This document shows positions 12,420-25,388 of a DNA stretch of 64,000 bases, piece by piece. The stretch comes from Haliotis rubra (Eukaryota). Each line of letters opens with the position of its first letter. Within the stretch, counting starts at the first letter, position 1. Under the pieces are notes generated by a model. That model was not told the DNA's origin. It worked only from the letters and a program-made list of their open reading frames with translations, and did not search any database. A program made the translations under genes and the position numbers. The stretch is taken from NCBI RefSeq assembly GCF_003918875.1, contig NW_025767547.1, forward strand, positions 124,001 to 188,000, read 5' to 3'.

Positions 12420-13419
12420 CTGTGAGAAATAACATTATTTTAGTAAGAGATCATGATCAATTCTACTTGGGTCTATATTCATCAAGATCGGTACTTTTGT
12501 GTAGCAGTAGAGATTCTTCCAATTAATTTTCCATGACTGTTGGTTGCAACAAATGATTGAAGAAGAGCCAGTAAAATCAATCAATGCTTCCACTGAATAC
12601 GCAATGCCAAGCAGGCTGTATCAAGCCATTTTTTTAGTGTAAACCCTATAGGTTGCTAAGCTTTTTGTTTATATAGTATTGTGGACTTTCCCAACCTTTT
12701 TAGCAACAATCATGTGTAAGTTTCATAATGGTAGCTACGCCCCTGCCAAGTGGTCAAACTTAATGTAACACGGGGGGTTTAGTGATCAAACTTAATGTAG
12801 CACAGGGGGTTTAGTGATCAAACTTAATGTAACACATGTTATATTTGGGATTACACTTTCTCAGTACAGTACAGATTCTAGTACTTTTGGTGGGTTGAGT
12901 TCCATCAGGGATTCGAACCTACTCCCTCAGAGTCAGGCACCTAATCGCCAGCACACAAAGTTAGTCGCCTGACCCACTCAGCCATCGCAGTGGCTCTATG
13001 GGTTAAGTAGTTGACTAAAGTACTAGAATACTTCCATTGTAAAAAGTTATTAGAATACTACCACCATTACATAATTGCAGTGAATATGCTCTCCTTATGT
13101 CCAAATTAGGATCTTTTGATTCACATTAGAGATCACAGCTTGAAGAAGTGACCGGGACATTAAGATTTCCATGGTATTAACTAAAGGTTATGTTTATTGG
13201 TTTGTTGATCTCTGTTAAAAAAAACCAAAAGGTCAAAAAAGAATTTTTCTTTATATTGAAATATTGCCATCCACATAACAACAGATAAACATTTAAAGTT
13301 ATCTTGAAATATTATACACATATCCATTTCATATCAGTAGCTCACTTGCCAACAAAATTAAAGCATAAACATAATAACTGTAGTCAGCCACTCCCTCATC
13401 AAAAGGCTAACCCACTGAG

Positions 13420-13584
13420 AGAGTGAGTGAGTATGGTTTTATGCCCCTTTTAACAATATTCCAGCACTATCACTGCGGGGGACACCAGAAATGGGTTTCA
13501 CACATTATACCCATGCTGGAATCGAACCCGGATCTTCGGCATGACGAGCAAACGCTTTGGCCACAATTCGACCCCACCGCCGCT
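13420..13584 (-). mobile_element. tRNA-derived SINE family 1 copy
   Basis: Reverse complement of the family consensus, with GGTTCGATTCC B-box and (ACTC)n tail. Confidence 0.8.
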
Positions 13585-15160
13585 CTAACCCGCTGATCCG
13601 ACCGTGTTAGGCTTAAACCTGTTCATGTCGCGATGTTTGTAATGCGACAGAGGAAAGGTATGTACTTACTTTTCAGGTGAAGCGGCTGATAACTGGTGAT
13701 TGTGTTATTAGTTCTGGTTTAATACCCCGCGTCTGGTGCCTGTCAGTTTCTTCTGGAATGTTTATTACGTCATTTAGATCACTATTTTTAGAGCCACATC
13801 AGTTTTGTCAGTATCACCCGATAACGTTTTATCAAAGGTCGCATGCAACCAAAATAAAAACAAACATAATTAAAACACAATTATCGCTTATTCATGACAT
13901 ATAACATACATTGCTGATTATGAAAAAAAGATATATACAAAATTATAAGCGTACGATCGCAAATCAAAAGTGCAATATTTTGTACTTGGGTTTACTTTCC
14001 TCGAAACGAAGCAGCCGGGATACCAAACCCAGTCAGAGCGGGCGTGCACTCAAGTGTAACGAAGACTTTCCTTGCCTGGTTCATTTGCCGATACAATTCA
14101 GGGGTCTTTGTGTGTGTATAGATATGTTGGTACTTGTAAACACATGCTCATTTTTGTGTATAACATTTTGCAATCAACAGACACCATAATATGTCATGTG
14201 TAAAAGTATCACACATGCCTGTCTGTGTAATTACATAATGTGACAGAGACAGAACTCAGGTGCATGAGCCATAAATCAATGTGTTTTGTTTATGGTGTAT
14301 AGCCTGATAGTTGTTACGTTCAAATTGCATATTGTCTGTGATCGAAGTTGTGTATTGCATATTGTGATTAGCAGACAGGCAGCCAGACACATTTTCAATG
14401 CGCATGCGCCATGAACGCAGTGCAGTGCAGCGCAGCACTCCGATTTCGAGGGGGTTTTTTCATCGTGTTATTTTTCAACTTTATAAGTTGAATTTGCATT
14501 TTTGATCATTTGCTACTGTAAATCCATACCAACATTAACAAATCCAAACATGTATCATAATTAATCAGTACGAACACTGCAATTTTCTCCATGAGGAGAT
14601 ACTTCAACATAGACAGAGGTATACACTGAAAGGTATGAATATTGCAACATTGCAAACCCCAAACATGCAATTTATTATATAGGAGACAGCATAAATCCAT
14701 GAAAGGGTGGGCAAGGGCGGGTATTTTCGTCTGCTATGGTTCAAATGTGACCTTGAAACTGTCATGCCTCTTAGCTCATTAACAAAACATAAACAAGGCC
14801 CTTAGCACCTTAATAAAAAGGGTTATCTCCCTTGGACCAGAGGTGAAGGCTGGGGAAATTAAGTTCCCAAGGGTTATGTCCCTTTACCTTCAAATCAAGC
14901 CTAAGTAGGTTAAGCTGTCAGTTTTAATATCAAATAAAATAGTTTTATTTTCAACACTATTATCAGTTTGACATCGTCTTTTCTCAGAGACCGATCCACA
15001 TGGTAGAGACCAGGAAGTAGAAACTGGTGGCATGTAACCGTTAAAGCACTGACGTCTCCTTCAAACATCAACAGAATGGATTCCAGCCGTAGATGATGGA
15101 AACCATGAGGTTGACATGCCAGTTTCGGTAGAGGACCCATGGAACCTATGTGTTCCTTGT

Positions 15161-15500
15161 TGTTAAAACCTTACAGTAACACAGGAGGACTCACTCCTGC
15201 TCAGACCCACTTCAACTATAGGCTCGGATGACATATCAAAAGTACATTTGGGCGTTTCAAATGTCATTGGAGAAGATTTCTGAAAAGAATAGATGTGAAT
15301 GAGGACTTTGTTCCTACACTAGCGTCAGCTGCACAACAGCTCCGAAAATGCAAATGGCGCAGTTCAACCAGAGTTGTTCAATGTTGACAATGATGATCCT
15401 GGCATTGAGCTCCAAATGGAGCAACTGCCACAGAACAATGTCAACGGAGGACAATGTTCCTTCGGGAGGAACTTACTCTGCAGTTTGCTGCAGAAGGGAA
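15161..15500 (+). mobile_element. Degenerate PIF/Harbinger (HARBI1-like) transposase C-terminal relic
   Basis: Translates piecewise to LLKPYSNTGGLTPAQTHFNYRL..IKSTFGRFKCHWRRFLKRIDVNEDFVPTL, which matches the Harbinger KPY...FNYRLSRAR..VE.AFGRLK.RWR.L pattern. Disrupted. Confidence 0.75.
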
Positions 15501-15759
15501 CTAAGCAACAACTGTGTCCAGAAGAGAAGCAGCGACGATACAAACTGAAAGCTTAAAAACATTGTCAGGAACATAAAACTTGATTTCAATACCAAATACA
15601 TACTGGACTCCTCTTTCATTGTGATAATTAAACATAAGTGAATATTCATGTACATAACAACGATCAATTCTTATAAATTGCGCAAACACCACAGGTCAGG
15701 CCGCGCCACAGAGGAGCAGCAGTGAAAAAAGAAAACCATCTGGTTCTCCACTGGATTCT

Positions 15760-16611
15760 GTGCCACCGAAGTCCTCGAAACCACAGGTTCAATCGACACT
15801 ACAGCTTGATTTACCAGAAGTATTTTCGTTTGGATCTTGCAGTACGCCGAGATCAACGACGCAAACCAAGATGGCGACCCCCACACAACAGAGCGGGACA
15901 AGTCACGGCGACCAGAACCAGGACCTCTCCTACCCGTCTACACTGTTTAATTTCATCAGTGATGCTTCCATGGATGTGATCACTACGAAACTGAGTAATG
16001 CACTCATGTTACCAGCTCTACAGCAGAAGTTCAGGGAATCGTTTGTGACTGTCGCTAAAGAAGCGCTGAAAGACATAATACAGGATGTTGTGGCCCCTCT
16101 CAAGCAGGAGATACGTGATTTGAGAGTCGAACTCCACCTCAAGACTGACGAGCTAGAACAGTACAGTCGGAGGAACTCTTTGAGGATATCGGGAATCAAG
16201 GAACCCAAGTGGGGAGAGGAGGGCGAAAATATTGAGGAAGTTGTGCTGGAGGTCCTTAAGGATGTGCACTCGGATATTTCACCCACAGATATTGACAGGT
16301 GCCACCGGGTGGGCAAGAAACAGCGAGAACAGAACAGGAGCATATTGGTGAAGTTTGTGAGTTATTGGGACAGAAACAAAGTGATCAGGAACAAGTTCAA
16401 GCTCAAGGGTAAAAGAGACAATATCTACATCAACGAGGATCTGACAAAGTACAGAAATCATCTGTTCAAGCTCGCCAGAGATCTGAAGAAGGAGCAGAGG
16501 ATCTATTCCACCTGGACATACGATGGCAGGGTTTATATCTGTGAACAGTTGGAAGGACTCATTCGTGTCATTCAAAGTGAGTCTGACCTCGACAAATATA
16601 GGCGTCAGTAG
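15760..16611 (+). CDS. LINE ORF1 (coiled coil + RRM + CTD nucleic-acid chaperone)
   Basis: LEQYSRRNSLRISGI...DIDRCHRVG...RSILVKF...IYINEDLT...TWTYDGRVYI. The first in-frame ATG is at 15871. Confidence 0.9.
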   Translation: MPPKSSKPQVQSTLQLDLPEVFSFGSCSTPRSTTQTKMATPTQQSGTSHGDQNQDLSYPSTLFNFISDASMDVITTKLSNALMLPALQQKFRESFVTVAKEALKDIIQDVVAPLKQEIRDLRVELHLKTDELEQYSRRNSLRISGIKEPKWGEEGENIEEVVLEVLKDVHSDISPTDIDRCHRVGKKQREQNRSILVKFVSYWDRNKVIRNKFKLKGKRDNIYINEDLTKYRNHLFKLARDLKKEQRIYSTWTYDGRVYICEQLEGLIRVIQSESDLDKYRRQ

Positions 16612-16986
16612 TGACTTAAATGTGTTTCACATTCATGCTTGGCTTATATGTTAAAGGTATTCAAATATGTAAGTATGTAAATATTTATTTATTTATTAAT
16701 TGTATGTACCATATAAACACACAACACAGTCTGTCTTTCTTCTTGTTTATGTTTGTATTAAATTGTGTATATACTATTCTTAATCTCACCTTTAAACTTT
16801 ACAACTCTCAAGTTACATTTCCGAGTACACATGTATCCAAAACTGAATCACTGTATATATCCATTTTTCTGTCTTCCTCTTTAGAACAACTGAGAGATTC
16901 TGTATTGCCAATCCATGATATACTATCAAATTCATTATCATGTCTGCAGATAACCCGATCTGGTATCCGCACGTGTATCTACCAAC

Positions 16987-19900
16987 ATGAAATCAACAAG
17001 CCGTATGGGTAATGACATAATGCAACACCGTGCGGCGATCGGGTCATTCAACTGTTTCACGTGTTCTAGTAGCAATAAGAAATGTTCGAAAACCAGTAGC
17101 TTACTTGCTGACAAAAATGTACTAGCCAGGTTCCTATGCATTGAAGCAGAAACTGTGTGTAATTTACTATTGTTGGAATTGAAAGCTTGGTGCGTGTTTT
17201 TGTATTTATGTCTACTTCAATCACAGGCTACAAATGTCAATATCATCCTGATTTTTCTATTGTTACTTCAGCTTGCTGGTGACGTAGAGTCTAACCCAGG
17301 ACCTATTGTTCAGACAGACAACTTACTGTCTATTTTTCACTTGAATGCTAGAAGTATTCGTAATAAGCAATCTTATTTGTCGGAATTTTTATCTGAATAC
17401 GATGTTGTTTGTTTCACGGAGACTCATTTAGACTCAAGTATAGATAATGAAACAGTGGCCTGGGAAAAGTTTCATGACCCGATACGTAGAGATAGAAATG
17501 CTTTTGGGGGTGGTGTTATGATGTATATATCTCGACATTTAACTTTTGACAGACTTTCAAATCTTGAAAATATGTATGATGAATCTGTATGGGTTAAAAT
17601 ATTTCTTCCACAAAAAACCATTAATCATTTGCACAGTTTACAGGCCTGAAAGTAATACTGCCAACTTTTGGAGCAGATTTGACAATAGCATTGAAGGTGC
17701 TTTAGATATTTCAAGTAAAGTTACCCTTGTCGGTGACTTGAATGAAAACTTACTTTCCACATCCAATCTAAACCTAACAGACATCTTACTTAGAAAAAAC
17801 TTACGTAATGTTATAACGGAACCCACAAGGGTGACTAAGACAACTAGCACTCTTTTAGATCCAATAGTTGTTAGTGACGAAGTTGATGTTGTTGAAAGTG
17901 GTGTTGGTGATTTTGATAAAAGTATAAGTGATCACAAAGGCACGTTTGTCAGCCTTGATGTACATGTATCAACTAAAGTTGCATATCCTAGAAAAGTTTG
18001 GTGTTACAATAATGGTGATTATGAAAAACTGAATGCACTTGTTAGCAGTACGGATTGGATGTCACTATTTACTGACTGTTCTAATGTTGAAGATGCTTGC
18101 TGTGTATTTTATGAACGTTTTAACGATTATACCAAACAATGTATTCCTTCTAGAATTGTGATGATACGATCTAATGACAAACCATGGTATGACTCAAATA
18201 TTCGACGTGAAAGTAGGAAGCGGGATCGACTGAGAAAAAAAGCTAGGAGAACACGGAAGGAAACTGATGTTATGAAATACAAAAAACAGCGTAATAAAGT
18301 TAATAATATGAAATGCTATGCTAAAGAACATTTTTATTCAAATCTTGACGAATTTGTATTCAAACTTTATGGTGAAAATAAATCATCATATTGGAAAATG
18401 TTACGCAGTTTGATCAAGACGTCAGGTTCTGCTTCCTTCATTCCAGCTTTGAAAAGAAATGTAGATGAAGGTTGTCCATCAGCTTTTTCAGATTTTGATA
18501 AAGCAAATATGTTAAATGAATATTTTGAGTCTATATCTAATTTAAATGGTGCAGATACCACTTGTTTACCACATTTTGACAAGCGTACCGATGCGGTATT
18601 GGAAAACATTACAATCGAAGTTAATGAGGTTGCAGATATCATTAAATGTCTTACTCTTAAGAAAGCTGCTGGGCCAGACCTGATTAGTCACCAATTACTC
18701 AGAAAAACTGTTAATTCCATCAGTCCAGTCCTGTGCATATTATTTAATATGTCACTAAATTTGTGTGTGTATCCTAGCCAATGGAAGTATGCAAATGTTA
18801 TGCCTTTATTCAAGAAAGGTGACCATTCGGTTGTATCAAACTATCGCCCAATTTCACTTATTAGTTGCGTTGGGAAGTTGTTTGAAAGAGTTGTGTTTAA
18901 GCATGTTTATAATTTCTTTGTGTCAAACGATTTGTTATACAAATATCAGTGTGGCTTCCGGAGAGGTCATTCTACTGTACATCAACTTGTAGAAATTTAT
19001 AATCAAATTTGTACATCACTCGATAACAAAGAATACTATTGTATGGTCTTTTGCGATGTATCAAAGGCCTTTGATAGAGTTTGGCACAGAGGGCTTATGC
19101 TTAAATTAGAGATGTATGGAGTCAGTGGAAAACTCCTTGATTGGTTTAATAGTTATGTAACTGATCGCAATCAATCAGTCTTTGTTAATGGGTCGCTATC
19201 CAAGCCTATGGTGTTGAAAGCAGGAGTTCCCCAGGGATCAGTTTTAGGCCCATTTCTTTTTATTGTGTATGTAAATGAGATAGCTGATAAGCTACATTGC
19301 ATAACTCGGCTTTTCGCTGACGATACTTCACTGGGAACTTTATCAAAGGACAAACAAGTGATGGAAAGAGCCATGAATGAAAATCTAAAAATATTAAACG
19401 ATTGGGCAAAGGTCTGGTTAATTTCCTACAATCCGGAAAAACTGAAGCTATATTATTTACTTTGAAAGATGGCAAAAAAGACATTAATTTGAAGTTTGAT
19501 AACTGCAATATAAAAACAGTCGATTTTCATAAACATCTGGGTTTAATCTTCACGTCTAACGGGAGCTGGCATCATCATATTGAAAACATTATCAAAAAGA
19601 CATCTAAAATGATTGGATCATTTCGGAAATTAAAGTTCTTATTAAATAGAACAACACTAGCGAAAATATATACTGTATTCATAAGGCCACACTTTGAGTA
19701 CGCATGCGAGGTATGGGATGGATGTTTAATTGAACAAGCTAATAGATTAGAAAAACTTCAACTTGAAGCAGCGCGCATAGTTACTGGTCTTCCAAGATAT
19801 GCATCTTCCAGTTCATTGTATTACGAAACGGGATGGGATTTACTTTCTGAGAGAAGGAGAAGACGCAAATTAACATTATTTTATAAAATTAAAAAATGCC

Positions 19901-20481
19901 TGACACCAGTTTTTCTTCAAGATTTACTCCCACCTGTAGTTAGCAACCAGACAAGTTATGAGTTAAGAAACTCAAATAACTTTAGTCAACCATATACAAG
20001 ACTGAGGTACTCAACGTCATCTTTTATTCCATCAACAGTTAAAGTGTGGAATAATATTCCCTTAGCTATTAGAAATTGCGACTCTGTTGCCACGTTTAAA
20101 TCTTATATCCACGTGCAGGAAAAATGTGCACCTATATATTATTCATATGGAATAAGGAAGTTCAATGTTATGCACACTAGATTAAGATATATGACGAGTA
20201 CACTTAATTATGATTTATATAGAATAAATGTAAAAAATGACGCATCATGTCAATGTGGCCATAGATGTGAGAATGTTTTTCATTACTTCCTTGAATGTCC
20301 TTTGTATACTATTCAAAGACATAAACTGTTAAAATCTTTAGAACATATTGTCAAAAATAGAACACTGATTGATATTAATCTTATCTTACAAGGCAATGCA
20401 GGTCTCTCAATCACTGACAACCAGAATGTTTTCAAATATGTACATATCTATATCTCTCAAACAAAACGCTTTCTCAGTTAA
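16987..20481 (+). CDS. LINE ORF2: leader, 2A peptide, APE endonuclease, reverse transcriptase, Cys/His C-terminus; two single-base frameshifts
   Basis: APE: HLNARS, CFTETHL, RRDR..GGGV, VYRP, GDLN, SDH. RT: NYRPISL, DVSKAFDRVWH, GVPQGSVLGP, FADDT. C-terminus: CQCGHRCENVFHYFLECP. Frames switch at A-runs 17612-17617 and 19437-19441. Confidence 0.92.
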
Positions 20482-21621
20482 CATCTGTTGTACATATCCT
20501 AGCCTATGTCTGTCACTTGTGTACTTTGTTGTAAGATGAATTGTGTAATTATCTGGAGAGGGCTTTTCTAAGTTGGATAACTTGTGCCCAATCCTTTTCT
20601 TGAATGAATAAAATATGTTTAAAACAAATTTGCTCCACCTGAACGTGGGCAGAATACCCCTTTGGGCAAGGTTTGACCATTGGGGCAAGTGTGTTTACAT
20701 GATGGAATTTGTCTCCAGGGCAGATTGCCCCAGGAACAAAACATGTAAACTAGGCTAGACGTGTTATCTGATAATATCACCATGACCTCCAACACTATAC
20801 ATAGCGCCACACCAGTTTTGTCAACATCATCCAATAGTGTTTGAATGTTATCTTAAACATATAATCTGATAATGTCACCCTGACCTCTAACTAACTATGC
20901 ACATGTTTCAAGTATGTCAACTGTAAACAATTATATTCGACTTAGCCTGCTCAACAGTTTTCTAGTTCACCCGCACTTCATTTGTATACTGAGACCCGTC
21001 TAATATTTTCAAGAAATTTCGGGATTAAAGTCGCACGGCGAACAGAGATCTGGGAACCAGTTAAGTATTTATGAAATGTTTGTGCGATTTCTGTATCAAC
21101 AACAATATAAAATTGCTGAAATTGTAAATGAATCTGTCGTCATTGTGAGACACTTGGCATGTGACACGTATGTCACTAAATATTATGAAAGTGTTCTTTT
21201 TCTGTTCCGGGTACCACCATAACATATATCTTAAAGATGTGTCGATGTCCAATATCGAAATAAGGTCTGGCGGCCTAATGGGATTTTACGAGATAACCGT
21301 TTGCACGTACACCCCTTGAAAATTGTTCCTCGAGTTTCAAAAAGCCCATTGGCCTTGTAGTAGTTCCCTTGCCTTCTAGTGCGACACATATTACGGATTA
21401 ATCGTTACGTTTAAGTGCCCATAACGTTATTTACGGTGGAATATTCTCTCGTGATTTCTCGTGTGACTGATCTCAGTACAGTATGATAACACGTCTGCGT
21501 GAAGTCATATGTGACGGACAAAACAAATTACATTATGACGTCATGACGTTTATGTATATTTCTATCAGATAGATTATTAAACAAGTAATGATAATATGTT
21601 TTAGTCTCCATATGATATATA

Positions 21622-22860
21622 TAGAGGATACTAAACGACCTTCCGAGTAGTACCATTTTTATTAAACGAGTTAATGATTTGATAAATGATGCTAAATCTT
21701 TCACGAGTTTTATAAAAATGGTATTTCACGGAAGCGAGTTTAGTATTCTGTTTATTACTCTCCAACATAAATTGATAGAAACTGCCTACAGTGTGATGAC
21801 TCTCATTTCTAAGATGCCTAGCGGTTAGAACAATCGAAAAAAAAATACATTATCAGACAATAAAGGTATAGTTTATTGATGACGTAACAATTGAATGACG
21901 TTATCCCGTCACTGCGCCATTCTAGTAAGTGTGCCCCCTCGTAATCGAACCATTTTACATTACGTCACAATGTAAGCGACGTCATGATGCATGTCAGTCG
22001 TCATCGCCTCGTACGGCCTCCTACAGTAAACTACACCGTTGCATCCCCTTTCTTGGTTTGCTGTTGCTTCACGCAGCTAACATCACTGGTGGAAACATTA
22101 CGTTTATGTTTTACGACGGTTAAAATGTGGCATTTCGACTCACAAGTTTTCAGCGACACGGTAACGTTCGTAATGTTTACATTCCCACAATGCAATCTTG
22201 GAATGTCGCTTGACTACTCAACTTCCTCTGGATGTACTGATCTAAACTTACGCTGGTAGTAGAAATGCAACGTTCATATTGCCCCATATGGTTTACGTTA
22301 ATGACAGTTGTAATTAAAATAATTCAGAGAAGATATTTAATCCGAACGTAAACCGTCATCAAACTGTTATCATTTGTTTTTTTCTGGTAACGTTCGTCTT
22401 AACGTAGGGGGCAGACACATCAATAGAACAGCGCGCCAGTTAGCCCTGTGCGAGGATTCTTAATTTAGGTCACCCACACCGTCGTTTGTTTTCTGCCTTA
22501 AATTAATCGTAATTATCTTTAGAAAGTATTAAATTTGGCATCTTAGAAAAGAAATACAGTTCGCCCTACCACCATGTATAGTGTAATAAAACACACTTTT
22601 GCCCTGAACTATTATAGTTAAAGCACGAGGACGCTTGCGTTTTATTACACTATACATGGTGGTAGAGCGAAGTGTATTTCTTAAATCAATTTTCTGCGAG
22701 TCAAGCAAGGTCTCATACCATTGTGACAGGGGCATTAAATTAGCATTGTGACGTCATAACTGTAATCATTATTATTACGTCATATGTCTAGCGGTATTGC
22801 ACTAGTGTAATATTGCCGTAAAAATATTGCACTGCAGTATCTTCCACGGGCGAGTAATAA
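21622..22860 (+). mobile_element. Non-autonomous element with a terminal palindrome (tentatively Crypton-like)
   Basis: Begins TAGAGGATACTAAAC with an imperfect hairpin of about 50 bp per arm followed by TTATTAC, and ends GTAATAA. An inverted partial copy lies at 28911-29760. The superfamily is inferred. Confidence 0.6.
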
Positions 22861-24953
22861 CAAGCCATACGAAGTACGCTATAACAATATATCGTGCGCC
22901 TCGCAATGTGATGCAAGCACTTAGCCTTTGTTGGTGAACGAATGACGTCACAGCCTATTGTTATAGGCCAAAAATGTAGGAGGGTATACCGCTTCGCAAC
23001 TTTTGTGGTGATAAAACTGAGTTTATAACACTAGCGTTTTTATTCAACCAGTTGCAACAGATTACATGACTGATAGAAGAAATATTTCCTTATGGAAATC
23101 AAAGCCGAAACCCTATTGTCTGTCTCACAGTTCCTGAACCATATTATTTCCCCTTCTTCCCAGCCCTTTCGGCAATGCTAAAGAGGTGGTGGGGTAAAAA
23201 TAAACCCATTCTGCAATGCTAAACCCTTACTTTAAGCAGAGACCATATCGAATAAAATATGGCCTTCGCTTTAAGCAAGTCTAGATTTCCCCAGGTTGTG
23301 TGTGTCCAGAGAATAAGCAAGCGTTAGTCTAACACTGTTAACACTGTTGTTTAGCTAGTACGACACATGCGCACTCAGAAAATGCGTGCACTAGTTTACA
23401 AAAACGTATTTACATGGAAATAGTTTCACTGATTAAATGCCACATGTACGCCAATTTTCTTAAAATCAGATATTTTGTCCATATACGTTACCGTTATGCG
23501 AAAGGTAAAAGATGTGTAAATAAATTTGCTTGTATGCCAGATTTATTTTTCTTGCTGTTTATCTTGCCCGATAGATGTGCTATATATTGCAAACTTACTA
23601 GGCTTATGTTGCATGCTAAAGATACTTATATTCATCTGTGAGCAAATTCACATATGGGACTGTTCATAATTTATGGCTTGGGGGGGGGGGGGGGGGGGGA
23701 TTTTTATGGAGAAGCAAGTACAATATGTGAATCCCCTCCCCCCGTCCCCCCCTATAATCTGTGTACAAAATAGGTGACCCCCCTGCATGTCATGTACAAA
23801 ATCAATTAACACCCCACCCACCCCAATTTCTAAGCATAATTTTGAACATATGTTTGACCAGAGACCATATAATAGTCTCTGGTTTGACATCTAGTCAGTC
23901 ATTCAGACCCTGAAACAAATATGTATATCCAAGAAAGTCCATTCAAGTTAGAATATGTGGCAAGTCTAGATTTCCAGTTTCAGAAGATGAAGAAAGTCTC
24001 TGGGCTTCTTTTCATCACATTTTATGATTATTTTTTTTTAACAGTACTTTTCTGTAAAATATGTTCATTTCACAGATTAGATGTTAGTCTAGGGAACATC
24101 GAACAAGGCTCGCAAACATTTTCATCGTTATCTTGAACTGTCCGCGAAGAAAACCCTTTTCGTCTGAAGACGGGCCCGGAGCGCATCCAGCTGCGCGAGA
24201 AACCAGTTTAGCAAGGGTCAAAGGTGTAAGTAGCTGTCGCCAATATTTGTTGCCGCGGGTTACATAATGTTCTGGATACCTGATGACGTAGTAAGTTTTG
24301 CATGGTGCCTGACATGACATGACATGACATTAAACCACAACCACACCCACAAGCCAGTGGTTATAGGCAAAATAACTCGTCCATTGGTGACTGTATACCG
24401 AGCCCGCCTAAACCCAGCCCGGGACTGCATGATCAATGATAAGCAGATAGCAACACGGAAATGGTGTTCGTAACATGGCGACAAATTATTGCCGTGTTAT
24501 AGTGTATGTTATGAAAAATAGTGCACATGGGGACCATTTATGTGTGTGGCGATCTATTTAATCCTCTCGCTGTGTGTTTTAAATCTGTCCTTATATTGCT
24601 TTGATTCAAAACACTTTTCGATGTGGATCTTGAGTTGATATGAGGTACTTTCGATATTGTTAGGTAAATACTTAGCTTAAAACATGGTCGATGATATATT
24701 TAAAATGTGTCTCAGATGTGAGGTCCCATACTCCTTTCAAAGATACAGAACTCAATATTACATCTTATAGTCATACTACACACGCTTCTTCATATTCAGA
24801 CAGATAGCAATCAACATGAGATTCAGGATTTTCATTATCCTCATTTATCATTTTAACAGTATGGGTTGTATATGGTATTTGTATACCAGATGTCCTGGAG
24901 CATTTATGTTTCATCCTTAATGTACAAAATATAAACATTTAACCCTCAATAAG

Positions 24954-25388
24954 GCTGAAGGGGTCGTTGTTGGCACAGGTACTACAGATACGTACCCCAG
25001 GTACCTTTCTGTATACAGATATGTAGTATGTACCCTAAACAAAGTCAAAATACAGAAACGTAGCCGGTACCCTAAAAGGCGGACGAGTCCATATTCCGCA
25101 ATCCAAAAGCGAAACTGTATGTAGTTGTTCCCGTTCAACTGATAGCGAGTGGTATTCATGTGCATCACGAAATATCCGTTACTGTGTATTCTCATTACTT
25201 ACATAACGCTATCAAATGTATCTAACACAACAGTATGACAGTTCCGGTCAAGAATACGACACAATGGGAATGGAATCGTCCTAGGGTACGTTTCTGTGTT
25301 CTCATTATGGCCAAGGTACGTTTCTGTATACAGAAACGTACCTGGGGTACATATCTGTAGTACCCGTGCCGACAACGACCCCTTCAGC
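24954..25388. mobile_element. MULE/Mutator-like MITE
   Basis: TIRs of about 65 bp (GCTGAAGGGGTCGTTG... / ...CAACGACCCCTTCAGC) and a perfect 9-bp TSD CTCAATAAG. Confidence 0.85.

Larger units (their letters stand above)
15690..20627 (+). mobile_element. Near full-length non-LTR retrotransposon (CR1/L2 group, APE-RT)
   Basis: ORF1, a spacer, ORF2, and a short 3' end with AATAAAATATGTTTAAAACAAA. The 5' boundary is approximate and no TSD was found. Confidence 0.92.

Noticed and set aside
17612-19441. Programmed ribosomal frameshifting in LINE ORF2
   Set aside because: The shifts fall inside normally continuous domains, run in opposite directions and lack a canonical slippery heptamer with downstream structure, so indels are more parsimonious.
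20628-20840. Continuation of the Harbinger element beyond the LINE
   Set aside because: No TIRs, TSD or recognisable Myb/SANT motif could be identified.
21929-22259. Conserved duplicated small ORFs (also 29311-29671)
   Set aside because: The similarity comes from the inverted repeat copies and there is no recognisable domain or splice structure.
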